Below the pieces are notes generated by a model. The model worked only from the letters and a program-made list of their open reading frames with translations. It made no database searches and was not told the DNA's origin. Below, piece by piece: positions 18,756-27,597 of a DNA stretch of 39,617 nt. Location of the stretch: positions 1 to 39,617 of the forward strand of contig JAKSPQ010000001.1 of NCBI GenBank assembly GCA_024404665.1, written 5' to 3'. Each line of letters starts with the position of its first letter. Within the stretch, counting starts at the first letter, position 1. Made by a program: the position numbers and the translations under genes. Source of the stretch: Clostridia bacterium (lineage in GTDB: Bacteria > Bacillota > Clostridia > Oscillospirales > CAG-272).

Positions 18756-19361
18756 ATGAGTCTTAAGGAAAGAATATACAGCGTGTTGATAGTTTCCTCA
18801 TCGGAATCAATTAATTCCGCGCTTACAGCGTTGCTCCCCATGTCGGATTTTTCGCCGGTATCGGTGGCATCGAGCATAAGCTCGGCAAAAAGGATGCTTG
18901 AGGAGCGGTCATACGATTTTGTAATAGTAAATTCTCCGCTCCCGGACGATGTCGGAACCAGGTTTGCCATCGATGTAAACCTTTCCGTCTCAACGGTGGT
19001 TCTGTTGATGCTCAAGGCGGAGATACACGATGAAGTCCATGCCCAGGTTGCGGATCACGGAGTGTTCACGCTTGCGAAGCCTACGTCCACGAAAACCGTC
19101 GCAACGGCAATCAGCTGGCTTTGCAGCGCAAGGGAAAAGCTTCGCAGAAATGAAAAGAAGACGGTATCCATCGAATTCAAAATGGAGGAGATACGTCTGG
19201 TTAACCGCGCAAAATGGCTGCTGATAAGCGAAAACGGCCTGGATGAGCCCGATGCTCACAGATTTATAGAAAAAGCTGCCATGGACCGCTGTGTTTCAAA
19301 GAAGGAAATCGCGGAAGATATCATTGCGCACAGGCTGCGCTTTGAGCGCGGCGCAGAATAA
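18756..19361 (+). CDS. ANTAR-domain RNA-binding antiterminator with a pseudo-receiver domain
   Basis: 201 aa. The C-terminal ANTAR signature is EEIRLVNRAKWLLISENGLDEPDAHRFIEKAAMDRCVSKKEIAEDII. The N-terminal receiver-like fold lacks the acidic pocket (VLIVSSSES instead of DD) and the phospho-acceptor Asp (DFVIVN). It retains the KP motif. Confidence 0.85.
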   Translation: MSLKERIYSVLIVSSSESINSALTALLPMSDFSPVSVASSISSAKRMLEERSYDFVIVNSPLPDDVGTRFAIDVNLSVSTVVLLMLKAEIHDEVHAQVADHGVFTLAKPTSTKTVATAISWLCSAREKLRRNEKKTVSIEFKMEEIRLVNRAKWLLISENGLDEPDAHRFIEKAAMDRCVSKKEIAEDIIAHRLRFERGAE

Positions 19362-19362
19362 T

Positions 19363-19415
19363 AAAACCGTGTATATCAAAAAGTCCCGGACTTTTTGATA
19401 TACACGGTTTTTTCG
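19363..19415. terminator. Strong bidirectional intrinsic terminator between the ANTAR gene and the convergent GH-like gene
   Basis: The stem is about 22 bp: aaaaccgtgtatatcaaaaagtcc / ggactttttgatatacacggtttt. T-rich tracts flank it on both strands. Confidence 0.85.
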
Positions 19416-19467
19416 TAAAATATCTCTTAAATTAAGGTGCTTTATTCGAATACGAAGCACTTCCTGA

Positions 19468-21189
19468 TTATGAACGGCGTTCGACGATGAAGCCGAAGGC
19501 CTCAAGGCTGTGTCCGTCGTATTCGCGTGCTTCGTCGCTGTTGTTGCCTATGATTCTCGTGCCGTCTTCGTATACGGCTATTTCGATGCCGTCTTCGGCA
19601 AAGATGTAATCCGTCATATATTTAAGCTGCAGATCCTTTATCTGTTCGAAAATATCCATACCTTCCTTAACAGCCGCGACGCTTTCGTCAAGAGCTTCGA
19701 GAGTCAGATCGTCTTCACCCATCCAGTTTTTGGCTCCGGTGCGGAATCTCGAGTAGAAGTAGAATGAGGGCAGTCCGCCGCGCATTATGAACATGAGTCT
19801 GTCGCGGGGGTCCTTGATGGTGAAGTTTATCGTAGGACTTGCGGGGTTGTAAAGCAGAATGCCGTGGTATACGAGCTCCCAAAACGGAAGATACCTGTCT
19901 GCGAGTTCGTAAGAATTGTGTCCGAATCCGTCACCGAACGTAACGTACAGGGCATAGTCCAGATACGGAATGGCAAAGTCCATCGCTCCCTCTGAACAGA
20001 AGCCTCCGTACAGAACCTGATTGAAATGCATCAGTCGCTGAGAATACACGATGCCCTCGGCGGTGGTGCAGGGGTGGAGCGGGGAATGGCAGGAGTCAGG
20101 CTCGATAATCGAGATTACATCGGTGAAATGAAGGCCGTTTTCTCCCATAAGAGCGATTTTCGGCTCGCTTTGGATTGCGTTTGTCCACTGCTTTTTAGGA
20201 CAGACATGGTAAGCGTATCCCGAGCTGTAGTGACCGATCTGGAGGTAATGCCCCTCCTTGTCGGTGGCAACGTTGTCCCAGGAGAAGTTGTCGGCAATTT
20301 CATAGCTGTCCACCCAGATGGTATGCGTGGAGATTCTGTAGCCGAGATTTTTGACATATTCTATGGTCTTTCTCATCTCGGTCTCTCCGCCGAGTCTTTC
20401 TTCGACGGGGAAAAACTGCGGGAATCTTCCGTCGTGACCGCCTATGGACCAGCCCACCAGCTGGAGATCGGCTTTTTCCACGCCCTGCTTTTTAAGAGAG
20501 TCCGCGATGCTGCGCACATCGGCAAAGGTGCAGGCAACATGCATCGGCGGTTCGTTGTCAGGTGTCTGATGCTTTACCGGAGAAGGACTCTGCTTCCAGC
20601 CCATGCGAATGCGGATGAGAGGTGCCTGCCTCTGATATTCCATAACCTCGCGGGCTTCGCATTTTTCCGACAGCGGGGATATTTCTTTTCTGGCAAGTCT
20701 GATGTTCCTTTCGGCAGCCGCCATTTCGGGATAGCCGGCGCTTTCGGGAAGCTCGATAATCTCGATTCTTATGTCGTCATAGGGATAATCGGTATCGACC
20801 TTCTCGAAATTTACGATCGGAGTGACGGTGTAAACGCCATCGCGACACAGGATCTCATATCTGAATTTGTAATTTCTCTCCAGACGGACGATGCAGCAGA
20901 GTCCCGGTTTTTTTATTCCGTAAAAGGACATTATCGGCTTGGAATACTCGGTGACGGCATCCGGACGGTCCTTAAAGAAGACCTGGAAGTCGGCGCGCAT
21001 TCCTATGTTGCGGGGCATAACGTAATATCCCTCGTCGCCTGCGTGAGCCATGCTGAGCTCGGGAAGAAGGCGCAGTTTTTTAGAGTTAGAAAAAAGTGAT
21101 TTATCCAAGGTCAGAAGCTTGTTGCCGTTTTTTTCGGAAACAGTGAATTCAAGCTGTTTTCCGTTCTCGTCGTATGCAAAAAAGTTCAT
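19468..21189 (-). CDS. Hypothetical protein, possibly a TIM-barrel glycoside-hydrolase-like enzyme
   Basis: The long ORF has coding-like composition and a GGAG SD 7 nt before the ATG at 21189. The ATG at 21195 sits only 1 nt from the SD. An AraC regulator lies divergently. The function guess rests only on weak resemblance (VGWSIGGHDGRFP...) and on context. Confidence 0.7.
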   Translation of the reverse strand: MNFFAYDENGKQLEFTVSEKNGNKLLTLDKSLFSNSKKLRLLPELSMAHAGDEGYYVMPRNIGMRADFQVFFKDRPDAVTEYSKPIMSFYGIKKPGLCCIVRLERNYKFRYEILCRDGVYTVTPIVNFEKVDTDYPYDDIRIEIIELPESAGYPEMAAAERNIRLARKEISPLSEKCEAREVMEYQRQAPLIRIRMGWKQSPSPVKHQTPDNEPPMHVACTFADVRSIADSLKKQGVEKADLQLVGWSIGGHDGRFPQFFPVEERLGGETEMRKTIEYVKNLGYRISTHTIWVDSYEIADNFSWDNVATDKEGHYLQIGHYSSGYAYHVCPKKQWTNAIQSEPKIALMGENGLHFTDVISIIEPDSCHSPLHPCTTAEGIVYSQRLMHFNQVLYGGFCSEGAMDFAIPYLDYALYVTFGDGFGHNSYELADRYLPFWELVYHGILLYNPASPTINFTIKDPRDRLMFIMRGGLPSFYFYSRFRTGAKNWMGEDDLTLEALDESVAAVKEGMDIFEQIKDLQLKYMTDYIFAEDGIEIAVYEDGTRIIGNNSDEAREYDGHSLEAFGFIVERRS

Positions 21190-21291
21190 AATCATACTCC
21201 TTTTAAAAATTGTACAGATTATTATAATTGAAAAACGGACCTGAGTCTATACCGAAACACAATAAAAAAGTTTGAAAAAGCAATATTGTGC

Positions 21292-21321
21292 TTGACAGGA
21301 CAGCCGGTCTGATTGTATAAT
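21292..21321 (+). promoter_or_regulatory. Sigma-A type promoter of the AraC-family gene
   Basis: TTGACA (21292-21297), an 18-nt spacer, then TATAAT (21316-21321), preceded by TG. The ORF-track TTG start at 21313 lies inside this -10 region. Confidence 0.55.
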
Positions 21322-21369
21322 ACTGTAGGTATCCGGATTATGTTCGAAAAAATGAGATGGAGAAAAAAT

Positions 21370-22236
21370 ATGAAAACAGTGACCTTATCATCCTGTAATC
21401 CTTTTGTCAGAGCAGCTGAAATTCACGCTCCCATGGAGACTCTCACAGGACTCAGACGTTGCTATGATTACCGTGTTTTCTGTGTCTTTGAATGCAGCGG
21501 CCCCGACTGCTTCCTGTTTCTGCAGGACAGAAACGAAAAGCTTACAAGAGGTACTATAATGGTGCTGCCGCCTGAGACCGCATATGATTTTTCCGGCTCA
21601 ATGAAGGTAGGATTGCTGAATTTCGATGTTACCAGAGAGTGTGAAAGCAGAATAAAACCGATTTGTCCTCCTGTATTGGAGGCTTTTCAGCCTTCTCTGA
21701 TCTTCGATGGCGTTACCGTTGACTGTTTTTCTTCGCCGTTCATATTTCACGGCGGGGAGGATGTAATAGAACGCGTCAAGGAAATCATCGCCGAGTTTTC
21801 AAAGGGCAACCGCTTTTCTGACAGCGGAACCAGCGGCAGAGTCAAGGTGCTCCTGTCAGATCTCTGCAGCAAGGACAGGGAGATAAAGGACGCGGAAACC
21901 GTTCTTGCGGACAGCATACTGGCATACATCAGAATGAACGGTACTTCGATTTCTTCAAACGATGAAATCGCCGAGCATTTCGGGTACAACAAGGTGTATC
22001 TCGGAAGCGTACTCAAGCGCAAGAAAAAAATATCTCTGCATGCGGCAGTCCTCGGCGTCAAAATATCGAGAGCGCAGTATATGCTCGAAAACACGGATGA
22101 GCCTGTGGAAGCCATTGCGGAAAAGTGCGGATTTTCGTCGAGAAGCTATTTCTGCACTACTTTTAAGGCAGCAACCGGTTATACTCCGCTGAAATTCAGA
22201 GAGCTTGTCGGTATGCGTCAGGAAAACAAGCAGTGA
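21370..22236 (+). CDS. AraC-family transcriptional regulator
   Basis: The C terminus carries the AraC double HTH (IAEHFGYNKVYLGSVLKRK ... IAEKCGFSSRSYFCTTFKAATGYTPLKFR). I chose the ATG at 21370, which has a GGAG SD 7 nt upstream. Confidence 0.85.
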   Translation: MKTVTLSSCNPFVRAAEIHAPMETLTGLRRCYDYRVFCVFECSGPDCFLFLQDRNEKLTRGTIMVLPPETAYDFSGSMKVGLLNFDVTRECESRIKPICPPVLEAFQPSLIFDGVTVDCFSSPFIFHGGEDVIERVKEIIAEFSKGNRFSDSGTSGRVKVLLSDLCSKDREIKDAETVLADSILAYIRMNGTSISSNDEIAEHFGYNKVYLGSVLKRKKKISLHAAVLGVKISRAQYMLENTDEPVEAIAEKCGFSSRSYFCTTFKAATGYTPLKFRELVGMRQENKQ

Positions 22237-22366
22237 CAGCAAGGATTTTCGGGAGCACGTATGTGAAGTCAATGACCGAACCCGAGTTTCCGTCACGATA
22301 TTTCTTGCATAATCGCATATAATATGGTATAATATACTGTTATTATTTTAATCAGAGGATATTGAA

Positions 22367-23962
22367 TTGAGTATTTGTGATTCGATTACAAAAGAAAATA
22401 TAGAGAGAAGACGCACCTTCGCCATTATCTCTCACCCTGACGCAGGTAAGACTACGCTTACCGAGAAGCTTCTGCTTTACGGCGGAGCGATTCAGTCGGC
22501 AGGCTCGGTTAAAGGAAAGGCTTCCGACAGGCATGCCGTTTCCGACTGGATGGAAATGGAAAAGAAGAGAGGAATCTCGATAACATCGTCGGTTATGCAG
22601 TTCGAATTCAACGGATATTGCGTAAATATCCTTGATACTCCCGGACACCAGGATTTCTCGGAGGACACTTACCGCACGCTTATGGCAGCCGACAGCGCTG
22701 TTATGGTCATAGATGCCGCAAAGGGCATTGAGCCTCAGACCCGCAAGCTTTTCAAGGTCTGCGCAATGCGCCACATCCCGATTTTTACGTTTATCAACAA
22801 GCTTGACCACGATGCGAGAGACCCCTTCGATCTGCTGGATGAGCTGGAAACCGAGTTCGGCATCGGAACTCATGCCATGAACTGGCCCATCGGCTCCGGT
22901 GTGTCGTTCAAGGGCGTTTATGACAGGGAGGCTCATAAGATCCTCTCGTTTGCCGATGCTCACAGAGGCCGTGACAGACTGGCCGCCATCGACTGCGACA
23001 TCAACGATACCGTAAGACTTGACGAACTCATCGGTGAGAAGCTCCGCGAGGAGCTCTGCGAGCAGATAGAGCTCATCGATGCCGCAGGCTTCGATTTTGA
23101 TATGGAGCAGGTCAGAACGGGAAAACTCAGCCCCGTATTTTTCGGCTCCGCGCTCAACAACTTCGGCGTTGAGACCTTCCTTGAGCACTTCCTCAGGATG
23201 ACTTCGTCTCCGCTGCCCAGAAACTCGGATATCGGCCCGGTCGATTCCTTTGACGAGGATTTCTCGGCGTTTGTTTTCAAGATTCAGGCGAATATGAACA
23301 AGGCGCACCGCGACAGAATTGCCTTCATGCGAATCTGTTCCGGAAAATTCGAGAAGAATACGGAGTATTACCATGTTCAGGGCGGCAAGCCCATCCGCCT
23401 CGCTCAGCCGCAGCAAATGATGGCGCAGGAGCGCGCAGGCGTCGATGAAGCCTATGCCGGAGACATTATCGGCGTATTTGACCCGGGAATCTTCTCCATC
23501 GGCGATACCGTCTGCTCCAAAAACAAGAAGCTTAGGTTCGATGCGATATCCTGCTTTGCTCCGGAGGTCTTCGCTCTTGTCGAGCAAAAGGATTCGATGA
23601 AGCGCAAGCAGTTCTCAAAGGGCATGAACCAGATCGCCGAGGAAGGCGCGATCCGCATTTTCTTTGAGCCCGACGGAGGCATGGAGCACGTTATCGTGGG
23701 CGTTGTGGGCGTCCTTCAGTTCGATGTGCTCGAATCCAGAATGAAGAGCGAGTACGGCGTGGAATACCGTCAGTACAGCCAGCCATACACGCAGATAAAA
23801 CGTGTTCCCGACGGTGTGGATCCCAAGTCTCTCAGACTGCTTGACGCGAAATGGGTAAAGGACCACAGAGACCGTAATTTCCTTCTGTTTAACAGCGAGT
23901 GGCATGTAAGACATGCTCTCGAACAGAACGAAGGCCTCGAGCTGCTGGAATACGATAATTAA
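22367..23962 (+). CDS. prfC: Peptide chain release factor 3
   Basis: 531 aa. GTPase motifs are present: AIISHPDAGKTTLTEK, DTPGHQDF and NKLD. It uses a TTG start with an AGAGGA SD 7 nt upstream. Confidence 0.94.
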   Translation: MSICDSITKENIERRRTFAIISHPDAGKTTLTEKLLLYGGAIQSAGSVKGKASDRHAVSDWMEMEKKRGISITSSVMQFEFNGYCVNILDTPGHQDFSEDTYRTLMAADSAVMVIDAAKGIEPQTRKLFKVCAMRHIPIFTFINKLDHDARDPFDLLDELETEFGIGTHAMNWPIGSGVSFKGVYDREAHKILSFADAHRGRDRLAAIDCDINDTVRLDELIGEKLREELCEQIELIDAAGFDFDMEQVRTGKLSPVFFGSALNNFGVETFLEHFLRMTSSPLPRNSDIGPVDSFDEDFSAFVFKIQANMNKAHRDRIAFMRICSGKFEKNTEYYHVQGGKPIRLAQPQQMMAQERAGVDEAYAGDIIGVFDPGIFSIGDTVCSKNKKLRFDAISCFAPEVFALVEQKDSMKRKQFSKGMNQIAEEGAIRIFFEPDGGMEHVIVGVVGVLQFDVLESRMKSEYGVEYRQYSQPYTQIKRVPDGVDPKSLRLLDAKWVKDHRDRNFLLFNSEWHVRHALEQNEGLELLEYDN

Positions 23963-23963
23963 T

Positions 23964-24008
23964 CGAAAAAAGGGATAGCGAAAAAGTGGGTGATTTTTTT
24001 GCTATCCC
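23964..24008 (-). terminator. Terminator closing the AT-rich RiPP-like operon (also 3' of prfC)
   Basis: The stem pairs gggatagc (23972-23979) with gctatccc (24001-24008). On the minus strand the hairpin is followed by TTTTTTCG. Confidence 0.6.
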
Positions 24009-24016
24009 TATTACTA

Positions 24017-25078
24017 TTAGTTGAAAAAAGAAGCAATGGCTTCTCTGACGCAGCCTAAAACACAATACTCATTGTTGATTATTCTTATCATACGAGAAAA
24101 CGCAGCTTGCTTGACTTTGTCATCTATAGAAAAATGTGACTTTAAAAACAGATTATGTACAATTTCTTGGTCGTCTAATACCGTGGCAAATTGATCTACC
24201 AAGTTTTGGGTGATTATGTTTTCGGATTTTAAAAACATCAATCTGTAATACATTATTCTTTTCAAATCAAGAAAGAACCTGCTATATCTTTCGTCAAGAA
24301 AAGCATTTTCCGGAGAAACAATATATTCGCAAAAGGCCCGTTCACAATCGATTCCGAACCTTTTTTCATCTTGTGTAACAGAAACAGACTCAAGATAATT
24401 ATCCAAAGAGGTATACAGTTCATTAAGATTTAACTCAAAATGGTATTCGGGATTTATCTTAAAAGCTTCGAGTTCGATTTTCTCATAGGATATTGTCTGT
24501 TTCTTTTCGAGGCTGAATCTGCGTCCGATCACGGCTGAAACAAAGCATTCGTATGGAATTGGATGAGAGAGATATTGTTTGCCACGTGTGTATCCTATGG
24601 CAATAAATGCAGCAGTTGCTTCATCATACCCATACAACAAAATCGAATGTCTGTGGTGTTTAACTAAATAACTGTCTGTGTTGGGAATGTGATATTCATC
24701 CACAAACCCCACCACATACCAACCATTATCGAGATGACTAATTGTGAAGTCTATTATTTCTGAAGATGATACACCGGAAATTCGATCGTATTCAAAGCGG
24801 TTTACTAATGTTGCACCGCATTTTTGAAAATAACGACCATCAGGCATATAGTGACAAAACTTCTTTTTGGCATTTGGATCATAGTAACAATTGATATATT
24901 GCCCGAATATCCATGGCGATTTGCATTGTAATACGCCAAGTTCAAAATTTCTTAATTGATAGGTTTGAATCCAAGGGTTCTCTTCAAGATATAGTATTAC
25001 GCTCATTTGATTAATGATGTATGGAACGGAAAGAATGGTAGTTTTTTCAAACAACAATGGCTTTTTTGAGACGAACAA
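24017..25078 (-). CDS. Hypothetical protein; possible papain-fold C39-like / BtrH-like cysteine hydrolase or acyltransferase
   Basis: 353 aa, the last gene of the AT-rich operon. Candidate Cys...His elements are LQCKSPW / INCYY and HSILLYGYDE, the latter resembling the H-x-hydrophobic-x-G-Y-D motif of C39/BtrH_N-type proteins. The start is uncertain: TTG at 25078 overlaps the upstream gene by 32 nt, and the alternative is ATG at 25006. Confidence 0.6.
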   Translation of the reverse strand: MFVSKKPLLFEKTTILSVPYIINQMSVILYLEENPWIQTYQLRNFELGVLQCKSPWIFGQYINCYYDPNAKKKFCHYMPDGRYFQKCGATLVNRFEYDRISGVSSSEIIDFTISHLDNGWYVVGFVDEYHIPNTDSYLVKHHRHSILLYGYDEATAAFIAIGYTRGKQYLSHPIPYECFVSAVIGRRFSLEKKQTISYEKIELEAFKINPEYHFELNLNELYTSLDNYLESVSVTQDEKRFGIDCERAFCEYIVSPENAFLDERYSRFFLDLKRIMYYRLMFLKSENIITQNLVDQFATVLDDQEIVHNLFLKSHFSIDDKVKQAAFSRMIRIINNEYCVLGCVREAIASFFN

Positions 25079-26468
25079 GAAAATCCGTGTTTTTTCCGGT
25101 GTCCTGTGTCATGATTTCTTTTATTTTGTGGCGCTGTTTAATATAAGACACCATTTTTTCTTCGACTTGGCTACCAATTGCTCTGCATGATACTGCAAAC
25201 ATGATCAGCTTATCTTCTTCGATTCCAATAGTGCCGATGAGTCCGAATTCTCCGTATGCGTTTTTAAGGAAAACCGAATAGAGAAACGGAACCTTTTTTA
25301 AATCTTTTACAGTGAAACGGCCGCCATTAGTTTTTTTATTTGTCCTGAATGATAACTCTGATATTCTATTATACTCAGTTGGGGTTGCTGGGTGAATATC
25401 TATTTCTTCATTTTCATTTGCTAAATAAGATCCGGTGACCTGTGGGAAATTGCGATAATTGCCCGCTCGGGTTTGAGGCAAGATAGAATTGGCGCCGGAT
25501 AGTTTGAAACAACTTAAATCGGAAAAAAAAGATTTGGAATTGAATAAAACGGAAGTGATATCCGGAAGCAAAGCTTTAACTTCATTAATTTCGGTTTCGG
25601 AATCGTCGACAAAAACTATACTGTTCTGTGAAATACCGAGCGTTTTTGCAATAGTAATAAGTCCCTTTGATTTTGAGGAGTTGTCACCCCATATATAAGA
25701 TATGTGTTCTCTTTTTATTAGCATGCCGCTGTGGCTATCCAACACATCTTGTACATCTTCTCTTGAGTTCTTAGTACATAAGCATAAAATCACTCCGCAA
25801 TAAAATAGATGAAGCACAAAACGTTGAAAGTCTTCATATGCTCTTGAAACATTTATACCTTCTAAACCATCCTCGCTTAATATGCCTTCCCATAATACTC
25901 CGTCACAATCCAAAGCAAGGCATTTGGGCGTTTTGAAGTGATAAACTGAATAGACGATATTTATTTCTTTGACAAACGCTTTGACAATCTTCTCGCTGTA
26001 TGGGGCCGACCATCGATATTTGTTTTTGAAATCATAAGCTATTGTAATACCGGCGTCTGCTATTATTCGTTTAGTATCGATGAGGAAATCATCGGGTGAA
26101 ATAATCGATGAAATTTGAATATTAAGCTTGTCTGCCAGGTGATTCAAAACATAAACAGATCCAAAAATGGATGTGTCATTGCAATAATAATCTTCATAAC
26201 CAAACCAAATGACAGGAATAGAAGTGAGTGATTTTATTCTTTTATATATATCACCGGTCAATGAGCATATGCCGTCCGGAGACATTGTTCGCAGAGCTTC
26301 TTCTAAATTGATCATTAATACGACGAAATCGGCATTTGAAGTTCGAATCTCATCGATGGAAGACAGTGAAAAATACCGACTGTGGCTTTTTTCTCCGAAT
26401 GTGGATTTGATACATTCACCCAAAAACGGCTCAAGGATAATATTGCTTATGAAATCAAGCTCTATCAT
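25047..26468 (-). CDS. FkbH-like HAD-superfamily IIIC protein with C-terminal GNAT-like domain
   Basis: 473 aa with HAD motifs: LALDCDGVLWEG (DxD), CTKNSREDV and VFVDDSETEINEV. The C-terminal FkbH-type tail is FGLIGTIGIEEDKLIMFAVSCRAIGSQVEEKM. It overlaps the ACP gene by 14 nt. Confidence 0.82.
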   Translation of the reverse strand: MIELDFISNIILEPFLGECIKSTFGEKSHSRYFSLSSIDEIRTSNADFVVLMINLEEALRTMSPDGICSLTGDIYKRIKSLTSIPVIWFGYEDYYCNDTSIFGSVYVLNHLADKLNIQISSIISPDDFLIDTKRIIADAGITIAYDFKNKYRWSAPYSEKIVKAFVKEINIVYSVYHFKTPKCLALDCDGVLWEGILSEDGLEGINVSRAYEDFQRFVLHLFYCGVILCLCTKNSREDVQDVLDSHSGMLIKREHISYIWGDNSSKSKGLITIAKTLGISQNSIVFVDDSETEINEVKALLPDITSVLFNSKSFFSDLSCFKLSGANSILPQTRAGNYRNFPQVTGSYLANENEEIDIHPATPTEYNRISELSFRTNKKTNGGRFTVKDLKKVPFLYSVFLKNAYGEFGLIGTIGIEEDKLIMFAVSCRAIGSQVEEKMVSYIKQRHKIKEIMTQDTGKNTDFLVRLKKAIVV

Positions 26469-26724
26469 TGTTTAACTCGCTTTTGTATATGTTGCTCAAT
26501 ACCAGGTGAATTTTATTTATGGTGTTTATCTTTGACAAAATTAACATATCAATCGGAATCTCACAATCAAACGCTTTCTCGAGCGAAACAACAATACGCA
26601 CAAAGCCGATCGAATCAATATTTAATTCTTCAAATGGCGTATCAACATCCGATACGGATATACTGTAAGCGTTAGAGCAAGAGTTGACAGTTTTTATGAT
26701 TATGTTAAGTTCCGGGTGTATCAT
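26455..26724 (-). CDS. Acyl carrier protein
   Basis: 89 aa. The phosphopantetheine-attachment context is ELNIDSIGFVRIVVSLEKAF (DS motif at a helix II start). It overlaps both neighbours. Confidence 0.78.
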   Translation of the reverse strand: MIHPELNIIIKTVNSCSNAYSISVSDVDTPFEELNIDSIGFVRIVVSLEKAFDCEIPIDMLILSKINTINKIHLVLSNIYKSELNNDRA

Positions 26725-27595
26725 TTGGAATCCCTCTGAACATTGCTTTATTGATCTCTATTTTACGGATATCTGAAGAAGTCAAGTCCTGCGCAATCAA
26801 AGAATAAATATCGGTTGAGCTGAGACGGCAGGAAATATCACAATTCCACGGTTTTCGTTCTTTGTCACAAAGCCCATAATAGTTTAAGAGCTCAGTTCCT
26901 TCTCTTGATTTGAAAGCAGAGATGTAACCATCGAGGATCTCGTCATTGAAAATTAATCCGGTGTGGAATAGAACATAGAAGGCATATGGGATGATATCAT
27001 ATTTTTGACAAGCTTCGTAAAGTTTTTGCGGAGTAAGTTTGTCGTGGTGACGAACTAATAGCTGATATACATCGTTGAACGCAGTCTTATTTATGCTTTT
27101 TCTTGTTGCGAGAAGATAAATGCTGTTCATGTCTCTGTAGATGTGCAAAGCCAATTGGATAAAGGTGTTTTCATAGGATAGCGTTTTTACATCAAATCCA
27201 AACAGATTAATTGAGACTGTATCCGCAAGAAAATCAGATACCGGGATGCGTTGTCTGTCATACTCTCCCCAGGTGACATCGAAGTTAATGTCATAAATCA
27301 AGTTTCCGGTGTGATCTGTGTAGGTGGGAAGTTGATGTGAGTACAATTCGCAAAATATCTCACGCTCTTGGGAGTAATTCTGAACGTGAAAACAATTCTT
27401 TTTCAAGGCTTCCTTCATTTTACCGATACTATCCCGGCATATAAGAATATCAAGGTCATTGTATTCTCGAATGTTGGGATCGTTATATAATATTTGGGAC
27501 AACGCCGGCCCTTTGATTATTGCATAAGGTGCAGAAAAATCATTTAATACGGGCTTGAGTTTTGTTAAATACAATTTGCTCCACAATTTATGCAT
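26705..27595 (-). CDS. Nucleotidyltransferase-family protein (NTP_transf_5-like)
   Basis: 296 aa. The N-terminal signature YAIIKGPALSQILYNDPNIREYNDLDILICRDSIGKMKEALKKNCF matches the pattern G.aL....Y.....R...DiDlLv of the uncharacterised nucleotidyltransferase family. Confidence 0.75.
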   Translation of the reverse strand: MHKLWSKLYLTKLKPVLNDFSAPYAIIKGPALSQILYNDPNIREYNDLDILICRDSIGKMKEALKKNCFHVQNYSQEREIFCELYSHQLPTYTDHTGNLIYDINFDVTWGEYDRQRIPVSDFLADTVSINLFGFDVKTLSYENTFIQLALHIYRDMNSIYLLATRKSINKTAFNDVYQLLVRHHDKLTPQKLYEACQKYDIIPYAFYVLFHTGLIFNDEILDGYISAFKSREGTELLNYYGLCDKERKPWNCDISCRLSSTDIYSLIAQDLTSSDIRKIEINKAMFRGIPNDTPGT

Positions 27596-27597
27596 GA

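Noticed and set aside
20026-21099. 357-aa plus-strand ORF inside the 19468..21189 gene
   Set aside because: It is antisense to the longer ORF. That ORF has an SD, a terminator and a divergent regulator. The antisense translation is Gly/Arg/Val-rich and low-complexity.
22352-23587. 411-aa minus-strand ORF antisense to prfC
   Set aside because: prfC on the plus strand has all the GTPase motifs. The antisense translation has no recognisable family features.
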